IMG/VR virus record: IMGVR_UViG_3300034072_001227
Location: 1 to 61,642 of that record
Length of the DNA stretch: 61,642 nt
Source: a virus
Taxonomy: Duplodnaviria; Caudoviricetes
Reading direction: 5' to 3' (one strand)
In this document: positions 1 to 8,463 of the stretch, in pieces
Layout: every line of letters begins with the position of its first letter
How positions within the stretch are numbered: the stretch's first letter is position 1
The notes under the pieces: generated by a model
The model's input: only the letters and a program-made list of their open reading frames with translations
Database searches by the model: none
Told to the model about the DNA's origin: nothing
Position numbers and translations under genes: made by a program

Positions 1-127
1 CCCCATGGCGCGGCGCGCGTTGCGAGCGGCGGCCAGTTCCTTTTTGAACCATTTCACATATTTGGCCGCATAGGTTTTCAGGCGCTTGGCCGCGCCATCA
101 TAGGCCGCCTTGGCTTCGCGATAGGGC
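1..127. repeat. 127-bp direct terminal repeat (copy 1); assembly circularisation overlap
   Basis: 1-127 is identical to 61516-61642; 127 is a common assembler k-mer length. Confidence 0.95.
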
Positions 128-447
128 ATCGCGAATTTGATATGATCGGGCGTCAATCCCATGGGGCCCGAACCTATGCCCGGGATCAGGCGGAAGGCGT
201 CGCTTGCCGTCTGCGCGCTGGCCTGCAGCGCTTCATAGTGCGCGGTGCAGATGGCGAAGCAATCGACCGCGACAACGTCAAGCCATGCGTGGCCATATGC
301 CGGGCTATTGCGCAAGGCGCGCAGATTGTGACCGTTGGGGAAATGGGTGTCAGTGCCCTTGCCCCATGCGATGCCAAGGGCATCCTTCCATGCCGGGCCA
401 TGGGCGGCAATGAAGGCGCTAAGCGTGGCGTTGGTTTCGGTGTCCAT
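1..447 (-). CDS. hypothetical protein spanning the circular junction (MDTETNATLSAFIAAHGPAW...ARRAMGSL*, 151 aa)
   Basis: ATG at 447-445 directly after the stop of 449-709; open to base 1, continues at 61515 to TGA 61509-61507, abutting the next ATG at 61505; absent from the ORF track. Confidence 0.8.
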   Translation of the reverse strand, partial: MDTETNATLSAFIAAHGPAWKDALGIAWGKGTDTHFPNGHNLRALRNSPAYGHAWLDVVAVDCFAICTAHYEALQASAQTASDAFRLIPGIGSGPMGLTPDHIKFAMPYREAKAAYDGAAKRLKTYAAKYVKWFKKELAAARNARRAMG

Positions 448-448
448 T

Positions 449-709
449 TCAGCGGCCCTCGACTTCACAAGCCGTGCGGCGCATATCCCACATTGCATCT
501 AGGCAATCGGCCTTGCTCATGCCGCTATCAATGATGAAGTCATGCACGGAACCATCGGGATAGGTCACGTTATGCACAAGCTGATAGGTGTCACTATCCT
601 TGCGGACAGGCGCGCTATCGGCTTCGCTAATCTGCCATGCGACGGTCGCGCCAAGCGCGCCGACAATGGCAAGCAAGCCGATATCAAAGATACGGTTGAT
701 ATTGGCCAT
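449..709 (-). CDS. hypothetical protein with N-terminal membrane anchor
   Basis: hydrophobic IGLLAIVGALGATVAW; tight packing with neighbours. Confidence 0.7.
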   Translation of the reverse strand: MANINRIFDIGLLAIVGALGATVAWQISEADSAPVRKDSDTYQLVHNVTYPDGSVHDFIIDSGMSKADCLDAMWDMRRTACEVEGR

Positions 710-710
710 G

Positions 711-824
711 TTAGCAGCCCTCCAGCACGGCCGAAATAACGGCGGCGATAATGGGCAGGCCGATCAACAGGCCAATCATGGCGATGTCGTCAAATCGGGA
801 CCATTTGTGGCCATAGTTGCGCAT
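711..824 (-). CDS. small membrane protein (37 aa), first gene after the putative early promoter
   Basis: CAGATGGAAGGA SD-type leader before ATG 824; C-terminal TM segment. Confidence 0.65.
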   Translation of the reverse strand: MRNYGHKWSRFDDIAMIGLLIGLPIIAAVISAVLEGC

Positions 825-873
825 TGGGCTTTTCCTTCCATCTGGCGACTGTTCCGCGTCGCCGTTTGCAGGC

Positions 874-904
874 CCTATCTGCGCCAGTTTTTGTTGGGGC
901 GCAA
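874..904 (-). promoter_or_regulatory. putative leftward sigma70-like promoter (TTGCGC-N17-CAGATA) carrying TTGCGCCCCAACAAA
   Basis: 15-bp motif identical to 13510-13524; AT-rich upstream tract. Confidence 0.5.
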
Positions 905-1031
905 GGGGCAGAAAGCATTTTTCTGCATATTTATTCATATGCTGGGCTGAAACCCAGCATTTCCGGGCATGGCATGCCGAAATTTGTTGCGGCCCTTCGC
1001 TCTAAGACAATGCCAAGGGCGCCTATATGGC

Positions 1032-1118
1032 CGCGCCAGGTCGACCAGCTCGCAATCTGACACTGCGCGCCAGGTCGACGCGCCTAGCGCCATGATCGGC
1101 GCTCTAAGCGCCTAGCGC
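1032..1118. repeat. short direct repeats CGCGCCAGGTCGAC (1032, 1066) and GCGCCTAGCGC (1080, 1108)
   Basis: exact repeats read in non-coding DNA next to the putative cos. Confidence 0.75.
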
Positions 1119-1285
1119 GCCATATGCAGCACGATGGCCAGCCTTGCCCCATCGCCATGCCTCTTGCCGTCTGGTCGCGCTCTATCGCGCTTGCATCGCC
1201 TTGCCTGCCATCTGGCCAGCCCGCAGCGCGTCGTCGGGATCGATCGCCGCGGCGCATCGTCGGCGGCCCTACCCCCCCCCGTCGC

Positions 1286-1331
1286 GGGTCCTTCCCTGAA
1301 TGTTGCTGAGTAGGAGCGGTGTTGGACCGCT
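1286..1331 (+). other. putative cos packaging site: cosQ-like GGGTCCT and dyad AGCGGT-gttgg-ACCGCT (cosN candidate)
   Basis: lambda cosQ is GGGTCCT about 30 bp before the cosN centre; similar spacing here; the phage has a gpA-type terminase. Confidence 0.55.
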
Positions 1332-1448
1332 AAAGGCGCGAGGCTCTAGAAAATTTCGACATCCCAAACACGAAACGGACCTGCGCGGATCGTTATTTTT
1401 GCTGTAATTGAAGGACACGGGGGATTCTTCGCGAGGAGCCGATAAACT

Positions 1449-1482
1449 AAAAAAAATCCCCCCGGCATGCAGGCCGAGGGGA
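1449..1482 (-). terminator. rho-independent terminator of the left arm
   Basis: minus-strand GC stem-loop (TCCCCTCGGC...GCCGGGGGGA) followed by a T run. Confidence 0.75.
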
Positions 1483-1539
1483 AGGTCAGGGTTGCCTTGC
1501 CGGCGGGGCGCGCCGGCCGCATGGAGATATCAGCTTAGG

Positions 1540-1962
1540 TCAGAGGAAGCGAGGATCCTTTGCCGATATGAACAGGTCAGCGGGAAGGATGATATGCGTC
1601 TTGTCAAAGCCACCCCCCAAGCTAGTTACTCCCTCAATCTTGGATCCAATTTTCCTGATGACAACCGGGATATATGCGGTGTCTCCGACCTCGAACTTCG
1701 TCGATTTCATATCTTCTGCGAGCGCGGTGAAGCGCTCGTTCACCTTATCCATGGCCCGAGCAAGCGGAGATGCCGGTTCCAGATCCGCCGTCGGCCGGAC
1801 ATCGCAATACTGGACCAGCGGGACGAAAGGCTCCGCGGTGATGAAATGGCGCTCGTTGGGCGTGCCGACCTCGGTGATGTCCACCAGCATCTTCACGCCA
1901 TGCTTGCGCGCGGCTACCGCGGCATGATCGATCGCATCGGTCAGATTGAGCTGCTTGCTCAT
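1540..1962 (-). CDS. hypothetical protein
   Basis: GGAG SD before MNMSKQ; phage-like codon usage. Confidence 0.7.
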   Translation of the reverse strand: MSKQLNLTDAIDHAAVAARKHGVKMLVDITEVGTPNERHFITAEPFVPLVQYCDVRPTADLEPASPLARAMDKVNERFTALAEDMKSTKFEVGDTAYIPVVIRKIGSKIEGVTSLGGGFDKTHIILPADLFISAKDPRFL

Positions 1963-2023
1963 ATTCATTCTCCTGCCGGCGCTTGGCCCTTGATCCCGCG
2001 GCCGGCGCGCGGGTGGGGATTGG

Positions 2024-2314
2024 TCACGATGCTGCTGAGGGATTAAGCCGGCATGCGGGGATGAAGCGGTGCCCCTCGATCGGAGCGACAAGCGCCATCC
2101 CTTCTGGCGTCACCTCGATCGCCCGTGCTCGATTGCGCAGAATGCGGATAGCCCCGCGCGACTCCAGGCCGCCGATAAGGCGCTGCAAACCACTCTCGCT
2201 TGCCAATCCCAGATGATCGCTCATCTCTTTGCGGCTGGGGCAGATGTCGCCTTGGCGCTGGAGCGTCGCCAAAAATGTAAGCAGGTCCTTCTGCCTCTGT
2301 GTCAGGCTAAACAT
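2024..2314 (-). CDS. stand-alone LexA-like winged-helix DNA-binding domain (no S24 peptidase domain)
   Basis: LTQRQKDLLTFL...PSRKEMSDHLGLASESGLQRLIGGLESRGAIRILRNRARAIEV resembles the alphaproteobacterial LexA N-terminus. Confidence 0.85.
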   Translation of the reverse strand: MFSLTQRQKDLLTFLATLQRQGDICPSRKEMSDHLGLASESGLQRLIGGLESRGAIRILRNRARAIEVTPEGMALVAPIEGHRFIPACRLNPSAAS

Positions 2315-2628
2315 CAGATCAACCTCCCGATCGCAGCATCCTCATCGAACTCATCGCCCGGCTCGATGCCGATATCGCGAAGGCACTCCCCGCACGGCTT
2401 GCACCCTGGCACAACCTCATAGCAGGGCGGGTCTCCGACATCGGCGCATCGGTCCTGGCAGGCGCTCTTGAGCCTGGTGTCGTCGAAGGTGGGCATCGCC
2501 ATGGCGGTTCTCCGGTATGAGGCGGGGGTTTCGATAAAGGTCATCTGGTAGGCGCCGGGCCAGCCCTGCAGGCGCTCGGGCAGCGCATCGCCTTCCCGGC
2601 ATTCGCGGCAGGCGCAGCGGCGGGTCAC
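2314..2628 (-). CDS. Cys-rich hypothetical protein
   Basis: overlapping start/stop with both neighbours; several CxxC motifs. Confidence 0.6.
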   Translation of the reverse strand: MTRRCACRECREGDALPERLQGWPGAYQMTFIETPASYRRTAMAMPTFDDTRLKSACQDRCADVGDPPCYEVVPGCKPCGECLRDIGIEPGDEFDEDAAIGRLI

Positions 2629-3119
2629 AGGAGACCGACGTTCATGCCAACGGCAGGCTGAGCCGCCGGGAATCGATCGGGGGCAAGCTGCATGGCAAGG
2701 AAGCCCCTCTTCGCGCTACGCCCAACGGGGCGGAAGCCAGCCAGGAAGAACGTCCATCCCGGGGTAGCCTTGTCCCTGACCAGATCCTCATTGATGAACG
2801 TCACCATGCCCATCGGCGGCGGGTCGCCGTAGAAGCTCCTGGTCGCGGCGACCGCCTGCCGAATGAGCTTATGGCTCCGGGGAAAGCCCTCGTTTCGGTA
2901 GATCGAGCACATCCACGCGCCGGCCCATTCGTGCTTGGTGAACTCAGCCTTCGGCCACGAAGTGCCCCAGACCGCACGCTGGTCGCGATCCTCGGCGTAG
3001 AGAACCATGCAGCTCCCGCTCGGCATGAACTGAGGGCTTCCGACCTTCTGCCGGCTGTAATGCCGATCCGCCAACTCCCGCGCGGGGCCATAATAGCGAT
3101 GGACCTGCCGCCAGATCAT
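2625..3119 (-). CDS. Mom-like/GNAT-fold putative acyltransferase
   Basis: ADRHYS...SHKLIRQA...MVTFIN...PGWTFFLAGFRPVG parallels the Mom-family RHYS...SYAD...G.Y.A.NW..G pattern. Confidence 0.5.
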   Translation of the reverse strand: MIWRQVHRYYGPARELADRHYSRQKVGSPQFMPSGSCMVLYAEDRDQRAVWGTSWPKAEFTKHEWAGAWMCSIYRNEGFPRSHKLIRQAVAATRSFYGDPPPMGMVTFINEDLVRDKATPGWTFFLAGFRPVGRSAKRGFLAMQLAPDRFPAAQPAVGMNVGLL

Positions 3120-4066
3120 CGCCGTTCCTCCGCCCTCTCAGACGCTTCCCGCGCTGACTTGGCCTTGTGGTGCGTCGGGCAGAGCAGCCAGAGGTTGTCC
3201 AGCCCGAACATGGCGCGCTGATCCTCGATGCTGTCGAACTCCCACCGGCGCCAGAGCGGCATGATGTGGTCGACCTCCAGCTTCTGGCTCCACGCGATGA
3301 GCCAGATCTTGTCGCTGCGGTAGCCTTGCGGCACCCACTTCCCGCCCCCTGGCCCGCATATAGCGCACCCCGGGCCGTCACGCTTCATGATCTCGGTCGC
3401 CTGTATGTCGCGGTCCATGTGGAGCACATAGGCGAAATAGCAATCGGTCGCGTCACCCTGCTCGAGGCGGTGCCAAGTGCGGCGATTGGAGCGGTTGCCG
3501 GCGTTCTTGCCCTTGTGGTCAAGGATCTCATCACCGCACCAGCGGCACCAGCCCGGGCCTGTGCGCGCATCAGGAAAGACCGGGAAGGGGAAATGGCGCG
3601 GATCAGCGTTCTTGCGCGCGAGGTCGAGCACCTGCCAGTTGCTGGAATTGACCGGCTCGAAGACGCAGATGTGCGGCCAGTCCGCCCAATCGACCCCCTC
3701 CGGTCGCTTCTTGCCGTTGCGATCGAGGCCTTCGGGCTCACACGCCTTGGAGCAGAAGATCCGCACAGCCGCGCCGGCCTCGAGCGCCGATCGGGGGCCG
3801 AACCAGCGCCACTCGTTATCGACGTCCTTCCAGGCGTTGGTCGACGACGGCCAGGCCGACACCGCGCCGCAGGTCTCGCAGGTATATTCGAGCGCTTCCT
3901 CCCAATGGACGGCCTTGGGCGCCTTCTTCTTCATCAGGCGATCGCGCTCTTCCTCGCCATGGGCCAGGACATAGGTGCGATTGCGGTAGTGAACCTTGAA
4001 CCACTGGCTCACGCCCGCCTCACCAGCACTATGTCCCCGCCGCTCGGATACTTGTCCCACTTCCAT
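3116..4066 (-). CDS. HNH endonuclease with additional Zn-binding motifs
   Basis: CAICG...LEVDHIMPL...NLWLLCPTHHKAKS; CRWCG; CETCG. Confidence 0.85.
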   Translation of the reverse strand: MEVGQVSERRGHSAGEAGVSQWFKVHYRNRTYVLAHGEEERDRLMKKKAPKAVHWEEALEYTCETCGAVSAWPSSTNAWKDVDNEWRWFGPRSALEAGAAVRIFCSKACEPEGLDRNGKKRPEGVDWADWPHICVFEPVNSSNWQVLDLARKNADPRHFPFPVFPDARTGPGWCRWCGDEILDHKGKNAGNRSNRRTWHRLEQGDATDCYFAYVLHMDRDIQATEIMKRDGPGCAICGPGGGKWVPQGYRSDKIWLIAWSQKLEVDHIMPLWRRWEFDSIEDQRAMFGLDNLWLLCPTHHKAKSAREASERAEERR

Positions 4067-4254
4067 TCCAGTTGCTCGCTCTTGTAGATGTGGCCTTCCC
4101 CGCGGCGGTGGCCATTGGGGGGAACGACGATTTCGCCTCTAGCGTCCCTTGGGGCGTTGGCGCGGAGGTAGATCTCCACGCCAACGTCGCCCTTCCAGGT
4201 GCGCTTTCCGCCGGTCCAGAGGCTCCACTCCGGCTTTTGCGCGCGTTCGGTCAT
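4009..4254 (-). CDS. hypothetical protein
   Basis: translationally coupled to 4251-4466. Confidence 0.55.
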   Translation of the reverse strand: MTERAQKPEWSLWTGGKRTWKGDVGVEIYLRANAPRDARGEIVVPPNGHRRGEGHIYKSEQLEWKWDKYPSGGDIVLVRRA

Positions 4255-4466
4255 TTCCGCAGCGGCGGGGGTGGCGGAACCTTCACATGGCTGCGCCGGA
4301 TCGCGGCCGCCGCCTGCTCAAGCGCTGCATCCTGCTTGCGCTTCGCCCTGACGGCCCGAACAGCGATCAGCGCGAGGGCGAAGGCCTGATAGCCAAGGTT
4401 GAGCGCCAGATAGGCAAGGATGACGCACAGCGCCCAAAAGGGAATGGTGACGGTCGCCATGGTCAA
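4251..4466 (-). CDS. small membrane protein
   Basis: hydrophobic N-terminal half, basic tail; ATGA coupling to ACP. Confidence 0.65.
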   Translation of the reverse strand: MTMATVTIPFWALCVILAYLALNLGYQAFALALIAVRAVRAKRKQDAALEQAAAAIRRSHVKVPPPPPLRK

Positions 4467-4735
4467 AACGCGAGCCGGCCGATGATGTCGATCAAGTCGC
4501 CGACGGTGCGCGCCTTGGTGACGTCCTTGTCGGGGATCTCGATCGAATAGGTGTCCTCGATGCCCATGATGAGTTCGACATGATCCAAACTGTCGAGCGA
4601 GGGAACATCTTCCCGGATGTCGCTGGCCTCGGTCAGGGCCTCGACCTGCGCCCTGTCGGCGTGGATCTCAATCATGAGATCCTTGATGCGCTCGAGCGCC
4701 TTCTCACGCATCGGCGTGACGATTGGAGAGGTCAT
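4463..4735 (-). CDS. acpP: acyl carrier protein
   Basis: SLDSLDHVELIMGIEDTYSIEIPD...TVGDLIDII; intact phosphopantetheine Ser in DSL; acidic, 90 aa. Confidence 0.9.
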   Translation of the reverse strand: MTSPIVTPMREKALERIKDLMIEIHADRAQVEALTEASDIREDVPSLDSLDHVELIMGIEDTYSIEIPDKDVTKARTVGDLIDIIGRLAF

Positions 4736-5022
4736 TTGCGGCGTTTCCTTCCTATTTTGCGCACGAAGCGCGGTTTGAAGCTCGGCTGGGACCGGAAAAC
4801 GGTCAAATTGCCGTCGTGGGAGGCCAAAACCATGTCCCGGGGCGGTCTGTGCCCTTCCAGCGCCCCTTGGGCCTCCTGTGCCTTCTCCGCCGCCTCAGCG
4901 GCAAGTTTCGCGCATTTGGGGCACTGCTGGCCCGGTTCCGGTGCCTTGAGACCATAATCGAAGTCGCAAATCGGGCACCGGAACCATGGTTTTGGGACGA
5001 TTTTACGCGGTTTCCGGGCCAT
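4732..5022 (-). CDS. zinc-ribbon protein
   Basis: CPIC...CPKC; start MARKPRK. Confidence 0.65.
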   Translation of the reverse strand: MARKPRKIVPKPWFRCPICDFDYGLKAPEPGQQCPKCAKLAAEAAEKAQEAQGALEGHRPPRDMVLASHDGNLTVFRSQPSFKPRFVRKIGRKRRK

Positions 5023-5458
5023 TTTCGGCCGTTTCCGCCTCGTTTTCAGCCGTTTCCGGCCCCCAGGAGACGAATTTCTGGAACCACGCGAGATCCTTGG
5101 GCACATCGCAGACCTTGCCGTCGGGCGTATAGCCGAACAGGTAGCTCTTGCCCGCCGTGCTCTCGGCATCGGTCTGGAAGCCGCGGAACTTCCACCAGGG
5201 CGCGTCCTGGGCCGGGTCATTGTGGCAGGCGACCGCGATAATCACGCCGCCGTTGATCTCGCTGGCGTTCTTCGGGCAGGGATGCACGGTCCCGTCGGCG
5301 TGGACATGGAGAAGGCCCTTCGCCGTCACCTTGCTCTGGGGCAAGCCCAGCAGCCGGGGCATCATCATCGTCGGCTTGCCGGCCGGCACCTTCGCCGCCT
5401 CCGCCCAGATGCGCTTTCGCGCCGGGTCGATGCCGATCACGTTACCAATCTTCGCCAT
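5003..5458 (-). CDS. hypothetical protein
   Basis: AAGGA SD; phage-like codon usage. Confidence 0.7.
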   Translation of the reverse strand: MAKIGNVIGIDPARKRIWAEAAKVPAGKPTMMMPRLLGLPQSKVTAKGLLHVHADGTVHPCPKNASEINGGVIIAVACHNDPAQDAPWWKFRGFQTDAESTAGKSYLFGYTPDGKVCDVPKDLAWFQKFVSWGPETAENEAETAENGPETA

Positions 5459-5485
5459 TATTTCCGTCCTTTCGTGGAGTGAAGG

Positions 5486-6154
5486 TTAATTGCCGCCAGG
5501 TCGCGGCATAGGCGCCTCGCAATGGAAGCAGTTGTTCGGCCCGCTCTCCATGCTGGTGTCGACCTGGTGCTGGCCGTTGGGGCTGGACGGGCAGACCCGG
5601 GGCTTCGTGGGAACCGGCTTGATCGTCTCCAGCGCGCTCTCCACCGCCTCGATCACCTCGGAGCACATGATTTCCGGGTCATCGACCGCGACATGCCAGA
5701 CATTGGCCGGCGTCTGCTCGATCGCCAGCAGCAGGGTGTGCGCCTGCTCGAGCGCCCGCGCCGGCTTCTCCATGCCGTCGACGAACTCCACGCCTGCCCG
5801 GCCATTCCAGAGCTTGAGCAAGTCTTCCTCGCTCTCATCGTGGATATGCAGGCCGCAATTGGCGCAGAAGATCGAATAGCCCACCGTGTAGGCGCCAGCG
5901 GGACGCCCGCCCTCGACAGGGTAATGCTCCAGCGTTTCCTGCATGACCACGGGGTGGTTATCGAGCGGGCAGGGCTTGAGAACTACGTCCTTGACCTCGG
6001 GAGCCGTGACCAGGGCGAGAAGGGCGGCCTTTGCCGCGGTATATTCGGCGCCAGCGGATTTAACGCCGCCGGTGCCAGCGTCACTTTCAAAGCCCCAGTC
6101 TTGCGCGGCCCTATCGAAGCGCTCGATCGCTGACATAATCGCATCACTGGCCAT
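5486..6154 (-). CDS. protein with Lar (restriction alleviation)-like Zn finger
   Basis: LKPCP...IFCANCG...LWNGRA pattern. Confidence 0.55.
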   Translation of the reverse strand: MASDAIMSAIERFDRAAQDWGFESDAGTGGVKSAGAEYTAAKAALLALVTAPEVKDVVLKPCPLDNHPVVMQETLEHYPVEGGRPAGAYTVGYSIFCANCGLHIHDESEEDLLKLWNGRAGVEFVDGMEKPARALEQAHTLLLAIEQTPANVWHVAVDDPEIMCSEVIEAVESALETIKPVPTKPRVCPSSPNGQHQVDTSMESGPNNCFHCEAPMPRPGGN

Positions 6155-7145
6155 TTTCTGATCCCTTCTCAGTCGTTAAGGATTGCTTGATGGGTGCGTC
6201 GATGGCTTGGCGAACGGCGGCGGCCTGCTCGACAATGGCGCATTCATCGCCGTGTTCGTCGGCCGTCTCGATCAAGTCCAACAGCTTGCGCATTTCGGCA
6301 TCAGCGGCAGGCGTGACGATCATGGGGGCACATGTGCAATCCGCGCGAGGCCGTTGCATCGCTTCGCAATCGTCGGCGTGATAGGTGCGCGCCTCCCCCT
6401 CGCCGTCGACCGCCTGCCCGCGAGATTGGGGCGGGTGGGCGAGGGCGGATTGCACTGCTCGCAGGCCGTCTGACTGGAAGAAGCGATCAATACGGGATTC
6501 GTAATTGCGCAGGCGGCGTTTCATTGACTCGGTTGTTTCGAGCGCTTCCGCCATGTCGCTGTCGCACTCGGCGCACGAACCATCCCCTTCGTCACAATCG
6601 CCCCACCGTTGACAGCGGGCCTTGCACGCCTTCATTCGCTCGGCGTGCTGGCTGTCTTCGGTCCCCTGCCACTGAACTGCATCGCCCTTTCCAAGATCGG
6701 CCAGGGCGGCTTTGAAAGATGCTTTGACCTCCCCCGCGTCGAACTCTTGGCCGAGACGCTGGAGGGTGGGGAGAGGGGCGGGAACGTCTGCCTCGGGCGT
6801 GACGACAAGACGGCCGACCGACGCCAGCACCAGTCGCAAGCAATCCGCCACCTCAAGATCAACGGCTGGCAGCTTATCGGCCGCTGGGCCAGCGAAGCAG
6901 TCGGCGGCCGGATAGAAAAATCGCTGCCACGCCAATTCCGCGCGATCCAACAGGGCGGTGGCCACCCCCTCCCCGGCCTGCGCTTTTTCGAGGGCGGCGA
7001 GGGCGGATGCGGCGCGGCGATAGTCTCCGATCAGCAGCCGGAACTTGGCCCATTCTTCGCCGTCTTCATTTGGGTCGATTTGCTCGCAACACGCTGCGAA
7101 CGGCCTCAGCGCGTCGATCGCCGCCTTCATCAGGTCATTGGTCAT
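6144..7145 (-). CDS. hypothetical mosaic protein
   Basis: long ORF with SD GAAGGA; overlaps neighbours. Confidence 0.65.
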   Translation of the reverse strand: MTNDLMKAAIDALRPFAACCEQIDPNEDGEEWAKFRLLIGDYRRAASALAALEKAQAGEGVATALLDRAELAWQRFFYPAADCFAGPAADKLPAVDLEVADCLRLVLASVGRLVVTPEADVPAPLPTLQRLGQEFDAGEVKASFKAALADLGKGDAVQWQGTEDSQHAERMKACKARCQRWGDCDEGDGSCAECDSDMAEALETTESMKRRLRNYESRIDRFFQSDGLRAVQSALAHPPQSRGQAVDGEGEARTYHADDCEAMQRPRADCTCAPMIVTPAADAEMRKLLDLIETADEHGDECAIVEQAAAVRQAIDAPIKQSLTTEKGSENGQ

Positions 7146-7374
7146 CGGGGGTTCCTTCAAGCAGGTGGGCGCGGACGGCGAGGCCTAGCCGCGTGAGGCG
7201 GTCGCGGTGGAGCGTGAGAAACTGCGCCACGCCTTCGGGCCATGGGTCGGATGTGACCTGCGCGGTGAAGAACGGATAGCCGCCATGGTTGGACATCATG
7301 TCCTCAGCTTCCATGATCGACCGTCTCTGCGCCTCCGTCAGCTTCTCAGCCACGCGGTGGGGGGTGGGGGTCAC
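7135..7374 (-). CDS. hypothetical protein
   Basis: coupled to flanking ORFs. Confidence 0.6.
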   Translation of the reverse strand: MTPTPHRVAEKLTEAQRRSIMEAEDMMSNHGGYPFFTAQVTSDPWPEGVAQFLTLHRDRLTRLGLAVRAHLLEGTPDDQ

Positions 7375-7790
7375 TGCTCGTGTCCAAGCGAGCGATTGTG
7401 CTGGTAACAGATGGCGCTCACGATCAGCTCGATCCCATAGACGTCCCCGACCGGGCCGAAGTCCGCGATGACGATCGTCTTGCCCTCGACGCGCACATAG
7501 ATGACCAGGCCAGCCATCAGATCCAGCTCGCCGTCATTGCGCGCGGGCCCGCCGATCGACATGCGGTTGGAGTGGAACCACTTTTCATCGCCATACTCGA
7601 GCAGCAGCTTGGCGGTGACGTCGAACGGGTCGGGATCGACCTGGGGGACGCCCTCGGTTCGACACTTAGGGCATGAGGTCTGGCTGCGCTTGCAATAGAA
7701 GATCACGCCTCCAGCTCCGCGCCAGCCGTGCGCCGGCCCGAAGCGGGTCTTGAAGACGCCGACGCATTCCTCGGGGAGAAACTGGCTCAT
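7371..7790 (-). CDS. hypothetical protein
   Basis: start MSQFLPEEC with ATGA overlap. Confidence 0.6.
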   Translation of the reverse strand: MSQFLPEECVGVFKTRFGPAHGWRGAGGVIFYCKRSQTSCPKCRTEGVPQVDPDPFDVTAKLLLEYGDEKWFHSNRMSIGGPARNDGELDLMAGLVIYVRVEGKTIVIADFGPVGDVYGIELIVSAICYQHNRSLGHEQ

Positions 7791-7935
7791 GACAGCCACC
7801 AGACCACAAAAAGGGTGCAGGCTGCGCACCAGAGCGCCAGATCCGGCCAGGTGGCGGTCCAAAGCGCCGCGCGGGGACGGCCTTCTTCCAGCAGGCGCGC
7901 GACCTTGGACGTCCGCGCATCTTGATATCGCCGGC

Positions 7936-8463
7936 TCATAACACCTCCACCCCGAACCGCGCCCGGTCCCTCATCACCATGCCGATCGGATACGCGATCT
8001 TGAGCGAGCCGATCACGGCCTTGTGCTCGCCCAAGGGAAGCTGGAAATCCTCGGTAGCCTTATGGCCGCCGACCAAGGCCGCCATGACGCTCCAGCCCGT
8101 CGGCATGGGCTCTGGATCGACGCCCAGCGACCGGAGGTGCGGGCAAACCTTCTGCGCATGCTTGGCACATGCCAGATGCACCGGCGCCTCCGTCGTCATG
8201 TAGGTGCGGGACTGCTCATCGATCCGGCCGAGGCGGAACCACCAGCGATCGTCTTCCGCCGTGCGCTCCCCGCAGACGGTGCAGCGCATTTCTGCGATCG
8301 ATCGGCGCTGGCGGACCATGTGCGGCTTGGCGAAGATCGGCTGGCCAACGCCAGGCGCGTGGCGCTGCCATATGGCCTGCTTGCCGCTCACCCACCGGCA
8401 GTTGCGGATCTCGTATTCAGCCTCTCCGGTCCAAGAGGCGTTCCAAGGGATGGTGATATCCAT
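7936..8463 (-). CDS. hypothetical phage protein with Zn-binding motifs
   Basis: HMVRQRR...CTVCG...EAPVHLACA...CPHL; GGAGG SD. Confidence 0.7.
   Translation of the reverse strand: MDITIPWNASWTGEAEYEIRNCRWVSGKQAIWQRHAPGVGQPIFAKPHMVRQRRSIAEMRCTVCGERTAEDDRWWFRLGRIDEQSRTYMTTEAPVHLACAKHAQKVCPHLRSLGVDPEPMPTGWSVMAALVGGHKATEDFQLPLGEHKAVIGSLKIAYPIGMVMRDRARFGVEVL

Noticed and set aside
1032-1118. Short repeats as a CRISPR array
   Set aside because: Only two copies each of 11-14 bp, irregular spacing, no cas genes
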